NCBI GenBank assembly: GCA_009923445.1 | Contig: RFTN01000001.1 | Span: 4,523-68,522, forward strand | Direction of reading: 5' to 3' | Source of the DNA: a bacterium | GTDB lineage: Bacteria > Patescibacteriota > Saccharimonadia > Saccharimonadales > SZUA-47 | Length of the DNA stretch: 64,000 bases | Shown here: positions 48,535 through 58,379 of the stretch, one piece after another | Numbering within the stretch: the stretch's first letter is position 1 | How the letters are laid out: each line of letters begins with the position of its first letter | The notes under the pieces: model-generated | Seen by the model: the letters and a program-made list of their open reading frames with translations, nothing else | Databases searched by the model: none | Told to the model about the DNA's origin: nothing | Translations under genes and position numbers: made by a program

Positions 48535-49389
48535 GTGAAACCTGCAAAAAACATGTTTAACGACAGATTGGCCGCCCTAGGGACTATGCATCAAAAGCAA
48601 AGCGTAATTGCTCCATTGTTCAAAAAAGAACTTGGTATAGTCGTACGTGTTCCTGACGATTTAAATACTAATGCATTTGGCACGTTTACTTTAGACAAAA
48701 AGAGGTTGGGCACTCAAAAAGAGGCCGCAATTAGTAAAGCCAAAGCCGCTATGGAATTGCTAGGCTTAGACATTGGCATTGCCAGCGAGGGAAGTTTTGG
48801 GCCGCACCCCTCGGTACCTTTTGGGGTAGCAAATGTTGAACTGGTAGTCTTTATTGATAAGAAATTAGATTTAGAGATTTTTGGTGGCTATATTCAAATT
48901 GTAAATTTTGCTTATAACATGAGCGTTAGCACAATTGAAGAGGTACTGACATTTGCTCAAAAAATCGATTTTCCAAAGCACGGCGTGGTAATTAGGCGTT
49001 CTGAAAAAGACTATGGTGAAATGGTCAAAGGCATAGTAGACAAAGACGAGCTTGTGCAAATAGCGACGAGACTTTTAATCAAACACAAATCGATTTGGCT
49101 CGAAACAGATCTAAGGGCCCACAAAAACCAGTCTAGAATGAAAAATATTGAACTTGCCACAATAGACTTAATCGAGAACATTAAAAGGCAGTGCCCAAAG
49201 TGTTGTAGCCCTGGCTTTCATAAAATTTCACCAAAACCGGGACTACCATGTCAGCAGTGCGGTAGACCTACAGATCTTCCTCTATTTGATGTGTACGAGT
49301 GTGACAAATGCAGGTTTACTAAAGATATAATCTTTCCTAATCAAAAACAAACAGCCTACGCCGGCTATTGTGACTACTGCAATCCTTAG
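48535..49389 (+). CDS. Hypothetical protein with C-terminal multi-Cys zinc-ribbon cluster
   Basis: CPKCCSPG...CQQCGRP...CDKCRF...CDYCNP near the C-terminus. Confidence 0.3.
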   Translation: MKPAKNMFNDRLAALGTMHQKQSVIAPLFKKELGIVVRVPDDLNTNAFGTFTLDKKRLGTQKEAAISKAKAAMELLGLDIGIASEGSFGPHPSVPFGVANVELVVFIDKKLDLEIFGGYIQIVNFAYNMSVSTIEEVLTFAQKIDFPKHGVVIRRSEKDYGEMVKGIVDKDELVQIATRLLIKHKSIWLETDLRAHKNQSRMKNIELATIDLIENIKRQCPKCCSPGFHKISPKPGLPCQQCGRPTDLPLFDVYECDKCRFTKDIIFPNQKQTAYAGYCDYCNP

Positions 49390-49474
49390 TTTGTAATGTC
49401 AGATAGCCGTTTATGACTCAGTACGCGCTTTTTTACAAATATGACGCTATGTATGAATTCTAAATCACAATAGC

Positions 49475-50026
49475 TTATTGTTTATCAATTTGTGACAAAG
49501 CGTTATTTCTAATTTCGCGCAATTTTTTTAAAAATGACTCATTTCCAGAAATAGAATCACCAAAATCAAACTCAACTTTTTTGACTGCTTTTCCGTCGGT
49601 TATTTCTATCCATTCAGCACCACCATCTGCACAGTCAGGACAACCGATTCTCTCGGGTAGCAGATTAAATTCTTTAGTATCGATAGTGTCGATAAGACTT
49701 TGCCATTCATCAGATGAAAACGAGATTTCTTTTTTAATTTCAGGGTACGATTCGTCCCCCCACCCGCGCGCATTGTATGCTATTTTTGTAGAGCTAATGG
49801 TAAATTCTCTATAACAATAGCCCCCGCACATACCAAACGAAGTTCCTGTTTTTATTTGTGAAATTGTCTTTTTACTTGGACTATTTGGGGCTACTGGTTG
49901 TTGTGCTAATGGCTTATTGCTAGCAGAAGAATTTTTAGAGATTACAAAATATCCGCTAATGGCTACAATTGCAACCAATACAGTTATTAGAAGTATGTTT
50001 ACAAATCCTTTTTGGTTTATACTCAT
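49475..50026 (-). CDS. Hypothetical membrane-anchored Cys-containing protein
   Basis: N-terminal TM, GMCGGYCY and GCPDCADGG motifs. Confidence 0.3.
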   Translation of the reverse strand: MSINQKGFVNILLITVLVAIVAISGYFVISKNSSASNKPLAQQPVAPNSPSKKTISQIKTGTSFGMCGGYCYREFTISSTKIAYNARGWGDESYPEIKKEISFSSDEWQSLIDTIDTKEFNLLPERIGCPDCADGGAEWIEITDGKAVKKVEFDFGDSISGNESFLKKLREIRNNALSQIDKQ

Positions 50027-50140
50027 AAGTTTATAACTAAACTATAGCAGAAATGATTTGTAGTTTTTAACTAGTAAGATAAAAGTTTCTCAATTTAGAC
50101 GGTATACGCGCTAATCAAATCACCTCATATATTTGTATTT

Positions 50141-50170
50141 TGGAGGGCCATCGTGGATGCTATTGCAACT
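50141..50170 (-). repeat. ~30-nt conserved motif (copy B), TGGAGGGCCATCGTGGATGCTATTGCAACT. In minus sense it ends in ...GATGGCCCTCCA, matching the tRNA-Lys(CTT) 3' end.
   Basis: 11-12 nt identical to the 3' end of tRNA-Lys(CTT) located 650 bp away. 25/30 identical to copy A at 11731..11760. Confidence 0.45.
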
Positions 50171-50198
50171 ATTATTATGATTTGTAATTCTGCTGAGA

Positions 50199-50702
50199 CT
50201 ACGCTTTTACCTTAGATGTTGTGTTTTTGGGTTCGTGCACTCTGACAAAACGATGATATCCAAGATACAGCACAGTGGCTAAGCCCACAGTGACTACAAC
50301 GAATACGTACTTACTGTTCTCCGAAGCGAAACCGCGACCTAGGCTGTAGAGCAAGACGAATAAACCACCCAGCATAACTCCGTCTGCCATTACTTTGATT
50401 TTATTCTCGTATACCAAACTTGCCGCAAGAAGAACAACCGCAGCAATTAAAGCTATTAGTGATACATTTCGGTTGTATGGCTTCATGAGATTGTTATGTT
50501 GTTCCATGGTCTTGTCCCACTGCTTCTGCGTTTTTAATTCGTCAGCATTCAGCTCTTTGCCGTATGTATTAAGCTCTATTGGAAATACTGGAGCTTTTGG
50601 ACCCGGATAAAAAGTATTTATCCCTACACCTATAAAAATCGCCATTAGCAAGCCCAGGAAGAAAGTGTAAACCAGCTTAAGAATTTTATTGTCTTCTTTC
50701 AT
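50199..50702 (-). CDS. Hypothetical membrane protein (167 aa) bracketed by tRNA-Lys(CTT) and motif B
   Basis: Four hydrophobic segments. Confidence 0.3.
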   Translation of the reverse strand: MKEDNKILKLVYTFFLGLLMAIFIGVGINTFYPGPKAPVFPIELNTYGKELNADELKTQKQWDKTMEQHNNLMKPYNRNVSLIALIAAVVLLAASLVYENKIKVMADGVMLGGLFVLLYSLGRGFASENSKYVFVVVTVGLATVLYLGYHRFVRVHEPKNTTSKVKA

Positions 50703-50802
50703 AAAACCTCCGGGTTATGTTTCTTATATTATACTCCCCTCGTTCCAGCAATAGATATAAATGAATACCCTTATAAAGGGACATTGAAGCATAACCGGGA
50801 TT

Positions 50803-50879
50803 GGAGGGCCAGCCGGGACTTGAACCCGGGACACCCTGCTTAAGAGGCAGGTGCTCTAACCAGCTGAGCTACTGGCCCA
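50803..50879 (-). tRNA. tRNA-Lys (anticodon CTT), CCA encoded
   Basis: Hand-folded: acceptor GGGCCAG/CTGGCCC, anticodon loop CTCTTAA. Confidence 0.85.
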
Positions 50880-50973
50880 TAGTTGTCTTGTAACGCATAG
50901 CTGCTATATTGCTTACAAAACTTTGGCTATAATACCAAATTACCTCTGTTTTTGCAAGGTTACCTGCTACAAT

Positions 50974-51795
50974 ATGATGGCAATGAAAGAGCTAAACGGC
51001 CGAGAATTGGCAGGATACATTAAAGAACGACAGGCAAAGGCCGTGCGAGGTTTAAGGCAGGCTCATAACGTTATACCTAAGCTGGCTATTATACGTACTA
51101 ACCCAGACCCGGTCGTCGATAGCTACATGCGCATTAAGCAAAGCTACGGCGACGATGTACTAGTTGACGTAGATGTACATACAATTAAGCAAAGTGATGC
51201 ACTGGCAACTATTGAACGGTTGAATAATGATACTCAAGTGCACGGCATAATTGTTCAAATTCCGCTACCAGACCCAACTCAAACACAACAAATTTTAGAT
51301 GCTGTCGCGCCCAATAAAGATGTAGATGGCCTTGCCTCAAACACATTATTTGACCCAGCAACTCCTATGGCTATACAGTGGTTATTGGCAGGCTACGGCG
51401 TAGAGCTTGCAAGCAAAAATATTGTTATTGTTGGTGTAGGTAGGCTTGTAGGCAAGCCCCTGGCGCGCATATGGAAGGCGAGTAAGCTGCACGTAACGAC
51501 TGTAGATAAATCTAGCGCTAATGTAGCAGCTATAACTAAAGCAGCCGATGTATTGGTGTGTGCGACGGGTGTTGCAGGTTTGGTAACTGCCGACATGGTA
51601 TCACCACATGCGGTCATAGTTGATGCGGGTGTTGCCACCGATAATAACGGCCTAGTGGGTGATGTTGCTCAAAGTGTACGCGATATTGAGACAATAACCA
51701 TTACGCCTGAAAAGGGCGGGGTAGGGCCACTAACAGTCAGTGCGTTGTTTGAAAATGTTATTACTGCGGCTCGTGCTACTGTGACGGTTCGCTAG
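50974..51795 (+). CDS. folD: Bifunctional methylenetetrahydrofolate dehydrogenase/cyclohydrolase FolD
   Basis: NGRELAGYIKERQA..., PDP/IIVQIPLP and GVGRLVGKPLA motifs. Start chosen at the ATG cluster 50974-50985. Confidence 0.8.
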   Translation: MMAMKELNGRELAGYIKERQAKAVRGLRQAHNVIPKLAIIRTNPDPVVDSYMRIKQSYGDDVLVDVDVHTIKQSDALATIERLNNDTQVHGIIVQIPLPDPTQTQQILDAVAPNKDVDGLASNTLFDPATPMAIQWLLAGYGVELASKNIVIVGVGRLVGKPLARIWKASKLHVTTVDKSSANVAAITKAADVLVCATGVAGLVTADMVSPHAVIVDAGVATDNNGLVGDVAQSVRDIETITITPEKGGVGPLTVSALFENVITAARATVTVR

Positions 51796-51808
51796 TTTTG
51801 TTTTAAGA

Positions 51809-53062
51809 TTAAGGCAAGTCAAGAACTGCTTTTTGAAACAAATCACCTTTTTCTTCAAAATCTTTCCAAATACTGTAGCTGGGGGCAGCGGTCGAAAGTA
51901 AACACACGCTGCCAGATGGGCATTTTGACGCGGCCCATTCTACAGCTTGCTCCATGTCATTGGTTTCGAAAAATTCAGCGTTGTAACCGCTTGGTATTAA
52001 TGTTTTAAACTTTGCTCCTGCTTCAGAAAACAACACTATATAGGGTATTGCCAGTCTAGAAACTAGTTGCATGAGTGGCCAGTAGTCATAATTACGGTCT
52101 TGGCCACCAATGAACAAACAACCAATCGGACCTATTTCTTTAACAACAGTTGTAATGCCAGCTATCGTAGCATCAGGGTTTACTCCTATAGCATCATCGA
52201 TATAAGTAACATGATTTTTAACCGCAACTATTTGAAGGCGGTGCGGTACGGGTTCAAAGTTTTGTATAACGCTCAGGCACGCTTGTTCTGATACGCCTTG
52301 GAGTTTCGCGGCGGCCATAGCCATGGCGGCATTTATACCGTTGTGTTCACCTATAAGCTTTGCACCACTAATATCTACTGCTTGCTTGGCGCCAACAGTA
52401 ATAGTTTTACATGCGCTTTGCTTGACCCAGTCCGATGCAGCGAAATCCGGGTTATAAATCAAGGTGTCTTGTTCGCTCATATAGCGCATAATATTTCGCT
52501 TTGCATCCCAATATGCTTCTATGCTGCCATGATAATCAACATGATCGTTATACAAATTAGTTACTATGGCTGTATGCGGGCTTACCTCTAAATCGGCTAG
52601 TTGATAGCTCGATAGTTCTATAACAAATAAGGTTTGAGCCGTAGCGCCCTCAAGCATATCGAGCATCGGTACGCCCATGTTTCCGCAAACTCTTACATCA
52701 CGACCAGTGGTTTTGAGCATTTCTCCTAGTAGTAGAGTCGTAGTCGTTTTGCCCTTTGTGCCAGTAACACCTATGACCTCGGCGCCTAACTGAGAAACGC
52801 AATCAAAAAAAACTTTGGTTGGAGTGGTATAAGCGTTTGGTACGAGTCGACCCGGCCATCCTGCTGTTTTTACAATTACCGTTTTTGTTACGTCAATAGA
52901 ACGAATGCTATCATACGAGGCCTGGTCGTCTTGTAAAAATACCGATAAAAATGAAGATGGCGCTGCATACGTTTTGATAAATTTTTCAAAACTTACGGCT
53001 TCACGACCACGACCAATAAAAATTATTGATTTACCTTTAAATTCTGGCAATTCAAATTTCAA
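51809..53062 (-). CDS. murD: Mur ligase, MurD-like (UDP-MurNAc-L-Ala:glutamate ligase)
   Basis: N-terminal Rossmann region KGKSIIFIGRGREAVSF, P-loop GVTGTKGKTTTT, Mur ligase C-terminal domain. Confidence 0.6.
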   Translation of the reverse strand: MKFELPEFKGKSIIFIGRGREAVSFEKFIKTYAAPSSFLSVFLQDDQASYDSIRSIDVTKTVIVKTAGWPGRLVPNAYTTPTKVFFDCVSQLGAEVIGVTGTKGKTTTTLLLGEMLKTTGRDVRVCGNMGVPMLDMLEGATAQTLFVIELSSYQLADLEVSPHTAIVTNLYNDHVDYHGSIEAYWDAKRNIMRYMSEQDTLIYNPDFAASDWVKQSACKTITVGAKQAVDISGAKLIGEHNGINAAMAMAAAKLQGVSEQACLSVIQNFEPVPHRLQIVAVKNHVTYIDDAIGVNPDATIAGITTVVKEIGPIGCLFIGGQDRNYDYWPLMQLVSRLAIPYIVLFSEAGAKFKTLIPSGYNAEFFETNDMEQAVEWAASKCPSGSVCLLSTAAPSYSIWKDFEEKGDLFQKAVLDLP

Positions 53063-54411
53063 GATAGTTCCTCTGCGATCTTAGCTTGTAATACGTTTGA
53101 TATGGTTTGCGGAAATGCTTGCTCGGTACTCAGCGTCAATAGGGGCTCAACTAAATCACTAGTGTTGCCTATAATACCTTGTTCTTTTGCAAGTTTCATA
53201 AGATACGAGTTTGTTATATCTCCGCCCAATTCGTAGGCCCGATTAAGGCTGGCCGTAAGTTCTTGCGGTGTACCTACGCAGTCAAGTGGCTGCTGCCCAG
53301 CTTTACCCATTAAGCTCAAAAACAGCGCTTGTAGACTTGGTTTGTTTAAAAAATCTTCGCCAAAAATTTCTAATAATTGGTTTTGTTGTAACCAGGCTGC
53401 CAGTAAAATATAGCTACTAAGTGTTTTTGGACTTTCTTCACTCCAGCGCTGCGATGGTCGCTTAGATGCCTCAATACGGAATCCAAAGTTATCACTCGTA
53501 AACACGTTAAAATATTGCTTGTACTTACTAAACATTTTAGCAACTGCAACAGATGACATGGGTCGTATTGCACTAAAATAGGTAAGATCGTCATGAATAT
53601 ATTCTTTAAAATAGCCTTGTATGAGTGTTTCGGCCTCGAACGATTTGCTCCACTGGTGATTTACTGCACTACCATTGTGCTGCACACGTGGAATACTAGC
53701 ACTTGATTCATTAGCCACAATTACATAGCTACTTGATTGGCAAATGGCTACAAGCGCGCCGGTAATTGCAAAAAGGAGCGAAACTGGTATGTGGCCCTTG
53801 TAAGTATCGTTGCGTGACTGAAGTTGTATTAAAAGTGGGTCAATTGTACGCTGCACAATATGCGTTGGCACATGCATTGTTTTACCGACTAAAGCCGCCT
53901 GTGCAGTGGCATTGCCCGTTGCTAAAATAAAGCCTTCAAGCGGTACACCAATTAACTTTATTAACTCCCCGGCAACTATAGAATCTTTGCCGCCGCCTAT
54001 ACCAAGCACGGCACGGGGCGTAAGCGTTATTCGCTCAGTATTTTGGTCCGCTCGCCCCTCTTGTGGGCCAAACGTAGCAAGTACTTCGGCAGACAAGTTG
54101 TTTACGTACATAAACTCACCAAGCCCATTTAAAAATACGCTGTTCCAAAACGTCGACTCTTTGGTCGACATTGCATAGGGGTGCTCGATATCTGCGTTAA
54201 AAAAAAGTTTGTAATAACTTATACCGCTGGCTATGTGCAACATGCGCAGCAAACGATGCGTCTGCAGACACTCGGGTAATTTACTATTAAATATATATGT
54301 TTCTGTAAAGCTAAAAGATTCGCTATTTTTTATTGTTGTATAGATAAAATCTACTTGCAGTCGATTTGCGTGTAGCTTGTAGCTCTCATATACAAACGTC
54401 GATTGATCCAT
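53059..54411 (-). CDS. Hypothetical 450-aa protein with PP-loop-like SGGKDS-type motif, 4-nt overlap with murD
   Basis: LGIGGGKDSIVAGELI resembles an N-type ATP-pyrophosphatase PP-loop. No other recognisable domain. Confidence 0.3.
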   Translation of the reverse strand: MDQSTFVYESYKLHANRLQVDFIYTTIKNSESFSFTETYIFNSKLPECLQTHRLLRMLHIASGISYYKLFFNADIEHPYAMSTKESTFWNSVFLNGLGEFMYVNNLSAEVLATFGPQEGRADQNTERITLTPRAVLGIGGGKDSIVAGELIKLIGVPLEGFILATGNATAQAALVGKTMHVPTHIVQRTIDPLLIQLQSRNDTYKGHIPVSLLFAITGALVAICQSSSYVIVANESSASIPRVQHNGSAVNHQWSKSFEAETLIQGYFKEYIHDDLTYFSAIRPMSSVAVAKMFSKYKQYFNVFTSDNFGFRIEASKRPSQRWSEESPKTLSSYILLAAWLQQNQLLEIFGEDFLNKPSLQALFLSLMGKAGQQPLDCVGTPQELTASLNRAYELGGDITNSYLMKLAKEQGIIGNTSDLVEPLLTLSTEQAFPQTISNVLQAKIAEELS

Positions 54412-54445
54412 AGTTGCTAGTATACAGGTTACAAATGCGATTCTG

Positions 54446-54814
54446 CTACGAGGTCAAATGTTTTTTTACTAGGTCAGCGACCTGCCGCGGTGTCATATTA
54501 GCCTTCACTATGAAGGCTAAAACACCAAGCTCTTTAATAATTGCTGGCGCTTCTGATTCGCCCATATTGGTTAAAATTATAACTTTAACATTGCTACCAA
54601 AAGCTGTTTTGCGCAGTTTTTGCAACATTTCATCACCGTTCATCTCTGGCATCATCAAGTCTAGTAGTACCATGTCTGGCCTCATTTTATCTATAAGCTC
54701 TAGGCCTAGTTTGCCATTTTCGGCGGTGTCTACGTCGTAGCCTTCGGTCTCGAATTTTATTCGGTACATTTGGCTTATTGCTGCGTCGTCTTCAACTATT
54801 GCTATTTTGCTCAT
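54446..54814 (-). CDS. Stand-alone receiver-domain protein (CheY-like), paralog of 59331..59705
   Basis: KIAIVEDD...D...LLDLMMPEMNG...KV...TN...KA REC motifs with phospho-accepting Asp. No output domain. Confidence 0.7.
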   Translation of the reverse strand: MSKIAIVEDDAAISQMYRIKFETEGYDVDTAENGKLGLELIDKMRPDMVLLDLMMPEMNGDEMLQKLRKTAFGSNVKVIILTNMGESEAPAIIKELGVLAFIVKANMTPRQVADLVKKHLTS

Positions 54815-54908
54815 GTTTCTATAATACACGTTTTTATATTATGATTGCATACTATTATTTTAATACTACAAAATATGCAAGAAGATAAGACGCCTCAATT
54901 ATTGCGAG

Positions 54909-55541
54909 CTATTCTTGGTCGGGTACTTGTTCGACAGAAACAGCAAAGGCTGCTTCGTTTGGTCCTTCAGTCTTTTGGTAACCGTAAATGCCGCCAGCTA
55001 AAGCCGTAGCAGCAATACCGGCTAAAATTATAGGGTTCTTCGTAAGATATTCAAAACTTTCAGAAGCTGCAGAAAACGCTTTGTTACCAGGTTCAGATGC
55101 CCACGCACCAACTATACTTCCATAAAGACCTGCATGTGTAAGTCGTCTGCGTGATGTAACTTCGCTGCCGTTTAGAGCATCAAGATATACGCCTGATGCC
55201 GCTCCACGCCACGCCGTTGTAATAAGAGGTATCTTTTGAGATATCTTTTTAACAAATGAAGTCACTTTTCGTTTTGGTTCCCAGGTCATATCTATGTCAC
55301 CAGATGTTGCAAGATATGTCATGCCATACTCAGTTGCGGTTGTCCCTATAGCAAATCCAATAGCTGGTAAAAGGGTTGGTATATCGTTATGGACTGCAAT
55401 ACGGTTAAATGCGATTGCTGAAGCCCATGTCGCATTACTTATCCAGCCAGATGCAAATACTAAGGCGCCTCTACCAACCATTCTTTTTTTATGATTAGCG
55501 TCAGACTGATTTTGTTCAAGTTGCGGTAATTGTTCACTCAT
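54909..55541 (-). CDS. Hypothetical membrane protein
   Basis: ORF with several hydrophobic segments. Confidence 0.3.
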   Translation of the reverse strand: MSEQLPQLEQNQSDANHKKRMVGRGALVFASGWISNATWASAIAFNRIAVHNDIPTLLPAIGFAIGTTATEYGMTYLATSGDIDMTWEPKRKVTSFVKKISQKIPLITTAWRGAASGVYLDALNGSEVTSRRRLTHAGLYGSIVGAWASEPGNKAFSAASESFEYLTKNPIILAGIAATALAGGIYGYQKTEGPNEAAFAVSVEQVPDQE

Positions 55542-55868
55542 ATTAATTATTATAACAGAAAACTGTTAATTATGCAATATCTTTTTAGGGCAATTATACC
55601 CTCAAGCCATAGTGACTAAATAGTTCTTCTCTTTCGTTATATACTTGGGTTATGAAATCGAAAAAATCCCAAAAGCCGTCAAAGCAAGATATAGCTTGGC
55701 AGAAAAGAGTTGAAGAGAAAACTAAAGTTGAGAAAGTACAGTTAGGTCGCATAGATGGTAAAGAAAAATTTAATCAAATTATAAAAAAAGTACTAAAAAA
55801 TTAAATCCTAAGTGGGATAAACTCTTAAAAGTTACTTTTTCAGCTGTACAAGTACAAATGAATGAGTA

Positions 55869-56303
55869 TTAAGCACGTTGGCTAGAGTAAGTAGTTCGAT
55901 TGAGAGCTATCTTTGCAAGACTAATACCACGAGATACGTCCATTAACTCCTCAGCTGAGGCAGCAGTTTGATCTGGAATAAAGTGTTCAAAAACAACCTG
56001 ATCAGTTGCAGCAGAAGCAGATCTTGCACCTAGCTCCACTACTCGTTCCTCTGACATTTCAGCTCTTGTATTAAAATAGCTCGTCATTGCACGGGCTACC
56101 AGTGAATCGTCATCTACGTCCGCCGGTAAATCAAACGTTCTAGCTCGATCAATATGCTCACGCGTTACAAGAGCTGTACCAGTAGACGGCCCATGTTCTT
56201 GCTTCCAGTCTTTTCGCAGAGTCTGTGCAAGTCTGCCAGGCTTAAGGCGATCTGAACGCTTGTGTGGTGGCCTCGGTTGTTTCGAGAATTGACGCTTAGA
56301 CAT
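55869..56303 (-). CDS. Hypothetical protein (higher-GC island)
   Basis: 144-aa ORF with a basic N-terminus. Local composition is visibly more GC-rich than the flanks. Confidence 0.3.
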   Translation of the reverse strand: MSKRQFSKQPRPPHKRSDRLKPGRLAQTLRKDWKQEHGPSTGTALVTREHIDRARTFDLPADVDDDSLVARAMTSYFNTRAEMSEERVVELGARSASAATDQVVFEHFIPDQTAASAEELMDVSRGISLAKIALNRTTYSSQRA

Positions 56304-56345
56304 AATTATATATTATAAAGTAATTGTCGTTATCTGTCAAAAATA

Positions 56346-56552
56346 CTATCTATCTAGGTATCTGTTTCGGCCACTAAGCGAGATAATGGCCACCAGCACG
56401 AAACCTACGCCGCAGCCCATTAACAGATACGGCTGAACATTATCTTTTAGTATGCCGACTGCTAAGCCCACAAACACCGCACCTAGAAAAGCCATTCCAC
56501 TAGGGTACTGTGTGCTGAGTATGTTATTAGTTTTCTTCTTTGCCATTTTCAT
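56346..56552 (-). CDS. Small membrane protein (68 aa)
   Basis: Two TM segments. Confidence 0.25.
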   Translation of the reverse strand: MKMAKKKTNNILSTQYPSGMAFLGAVFVGLAVGILKDNVQPYLLMGCGVGFVLVAIISLSGRNRYLDR

Positions 56553-56591
56553 AATTCCTTCGTTATATATTAACCATAAGTGTAATACCAG

Positions 56592-56903
56592 TTAGGTATT
56601 TCTACCAGTATCTTGACTGACAATTTGTCGCAGCATTTCTACGTGACTATCGAAGGCCTTCCGACCTGCTACCGTAATGGCTAACCATGTCTTCGGCCGT
56701 CTGCCAACAAAAGCCTTCCGTACTTTGATATAGCCTGCTTCTTCGAGCGTCGAAGTGTATCTTGAAAGAAGCGAATCACTTATCTCAATTGTGTCTCGCA
56801 TAGTGCTGAACTCAACTTCTTTAGTGGCGGCCAGGGCGGCCATAATAGACAGTCGTGCCGGTTGGTGGATTAGCGAGTCAAGCTGTTGGTAAGCAAAGCT
56901 CAT
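56592..56903 (-). CDS. Winged-helix transcriptional regulator (ArsR/MarR-like)
   Basis: LSIMAALAATKEVEFSTMRDTIEISDSLLSRYTSTLEEAGYIKVRK wHTH pattern. Abuts the upstream membrane-protein gene. Confidence 0.45.
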   Translation of the reverse strand: MSFAYQQLDSLIHQPARLSIMAALAATKEVEFSTMRDTIEISDSLLSRYTSTLEEAGYIKVRKAFVGRRPKTWLAITVAGRKAFDSHVEMLRQIVSQDTGRNT

Positions 56904-57365
56904 TTACCTAGCCTCGGCTTTTACTTTCAGGCCATAGCCTATATAGAACAACGAAAGCAGAACGCCGGAGATTGTCCAAGCATAGTGATACTTAGAGTGA
57001 AAACCTTCGGCCAGAGCTACCGCTAAACTTGTAGCCGCAACTAGAGCGACCCAAACAAACCATGGGGTAGATGTAAAGATGTGCACCCTAGCGGACTTGT
57101 CTCTGAAATAACGAAAAGTTAATATCATGCCAACAATCCAAACTACAGAAATAATTGGTCCCCAGATGTTACCATTCAGAAAATCAAATGGCGGATAACC
57201 GAGTAGTACAAAGAGTCCCCAGCCTATAAAAGGCACGTACTCTTTAGGCCCTTGGGCTTTTACCTGACGTTGTGTGGCATTGATATTACCCAATGCCTGT
57301 TTAGCTTCGGATGTGGATAGTTCTTTCATACTTGTATTATACTTTACATATAGTAAAGTTGTCAA
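56904..57365 (-). CDS. Membrane protein co-transcribed with the wHTH regulator
   Basis: Four TM segments, with a 0-nt gap to 56592..56903. Confidence 0.35.
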   Translation of the reverse strand: MTTLLYVKYNTSMKELSTSEAKQALGNINATQRQVKAQGPKEYVPFIGWGLFVLLGYPPFDFLNGNIWGPIISVVWIVGMILTFRYFRDKSARVHIFTSTPWFVWVALVAATSLAVALAEGFHSKYHYAWTISGVLLSLFYIGYGLKVKAEAR

Positions 57366-57657
57366 GTACTATACTTGTGTACCGGAAGTTTTATCCCGTC
57401 AGGAACACTGCGCATAGACACCACTACGCTTCTTCCCATATCTCCTCAGTAAGCACCCCTCGCTCTTTTAGATTCTCAACGGTCGTAAACCGTATATGTG
57501 GTCTATCTTCGTCGTCATACTCCCAGATCTCAGCCATCAGTCCCCTGGTTCTGCGTTTTGCGTATATGAGGTCTGTGAGGCTAGCGCAGACTAGTAGCAT
57601 GGTAGGCCTGGGATCGTCGTACGTCTGCTCGTCCCATTCATTTAGCTCTTCATCTAG

Positions 57658-58286
57658 TTACTGCACGTACTTCTTCAGTTTGTTGCGTAACCGGTACCGA
57701 GGCAAGGTAGGATCAAAAATCTCTAGTAAATAGCTTGCTACAGTGGTGTCTGGATCACCAATGCTGTCATCCGTATCATCCTCAGACTGGGCGATACAGA
57801 GATCGGGGTGGATTAGCTCGTTTTCACTCAAAAAATGGTAACGCATCTCACTGCGGTTGTCAGCCTCAGTTTCGTAGTAGTAACAGGTTGTAGTGTAGTA
57901 AGTGCCGTTCCGTTCGTTGTCAAGCTCTAGGCAGACATCTGCCAGTAGAAGACTATGGTCAATGAAGGTCTGGCTACGTTCGTGTTCTCGGTAGCGTTTT
58001 CTCAGTTCTTCGTCTGGGTGGAAATCCATATTCTGCATATGTCGTATGCCGTTAATACCAAGGTAGTAGATTGCTGGTTTCATTTGTTAATAAAGTCATC
58101 TTTATCGTAGATCCAGTTAATATAGTCTTTAGCTCGTAAGTCTTTAAGCCATAGGTTAATAGTTTTCTTATCTTTGTGTTTCATTAATGTTTGTATTTGT
58201 ATTCTGGTAAGGAATCTATGGGTATAAAGTAGATCTAGTATTGTTCTTTGTTTATAGGTTATTTTTGGTACTTGAATTAGTTTCAT
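57658..58286 (-). pseudogene. Replication-relaxation (Replic_Relax)-family gene split by a frameshift into 58080..58286 (wHTH N-part) and 57658..58083
   Basis: N-part KQRTILDLLYTHRFLTRIQIQTLMKH...INLWLKDLRAKDYI and continuation MKPAIYYLGINGI match the family pattern (ILxxLyxhRxLTxxQI...vYyLgxxG). The two ORFs overlap at ATGA. Confidence 0.35.
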
Positions 58287-58379
58287 TTTGCCAAACCCTC
58301 CTACTCCCAGTTATATATAAAGGTAGGTACCACTATATTCCTGATTTAACAGATTGACACATGCGCTATCCTGCCCTCG

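Noticed and set aside
57311-57733. 140-aa Ser-rich plus-strand ORF
   Set aside because: Low-complexity translation, antisense to the island's minus-strand genes, with no start context.
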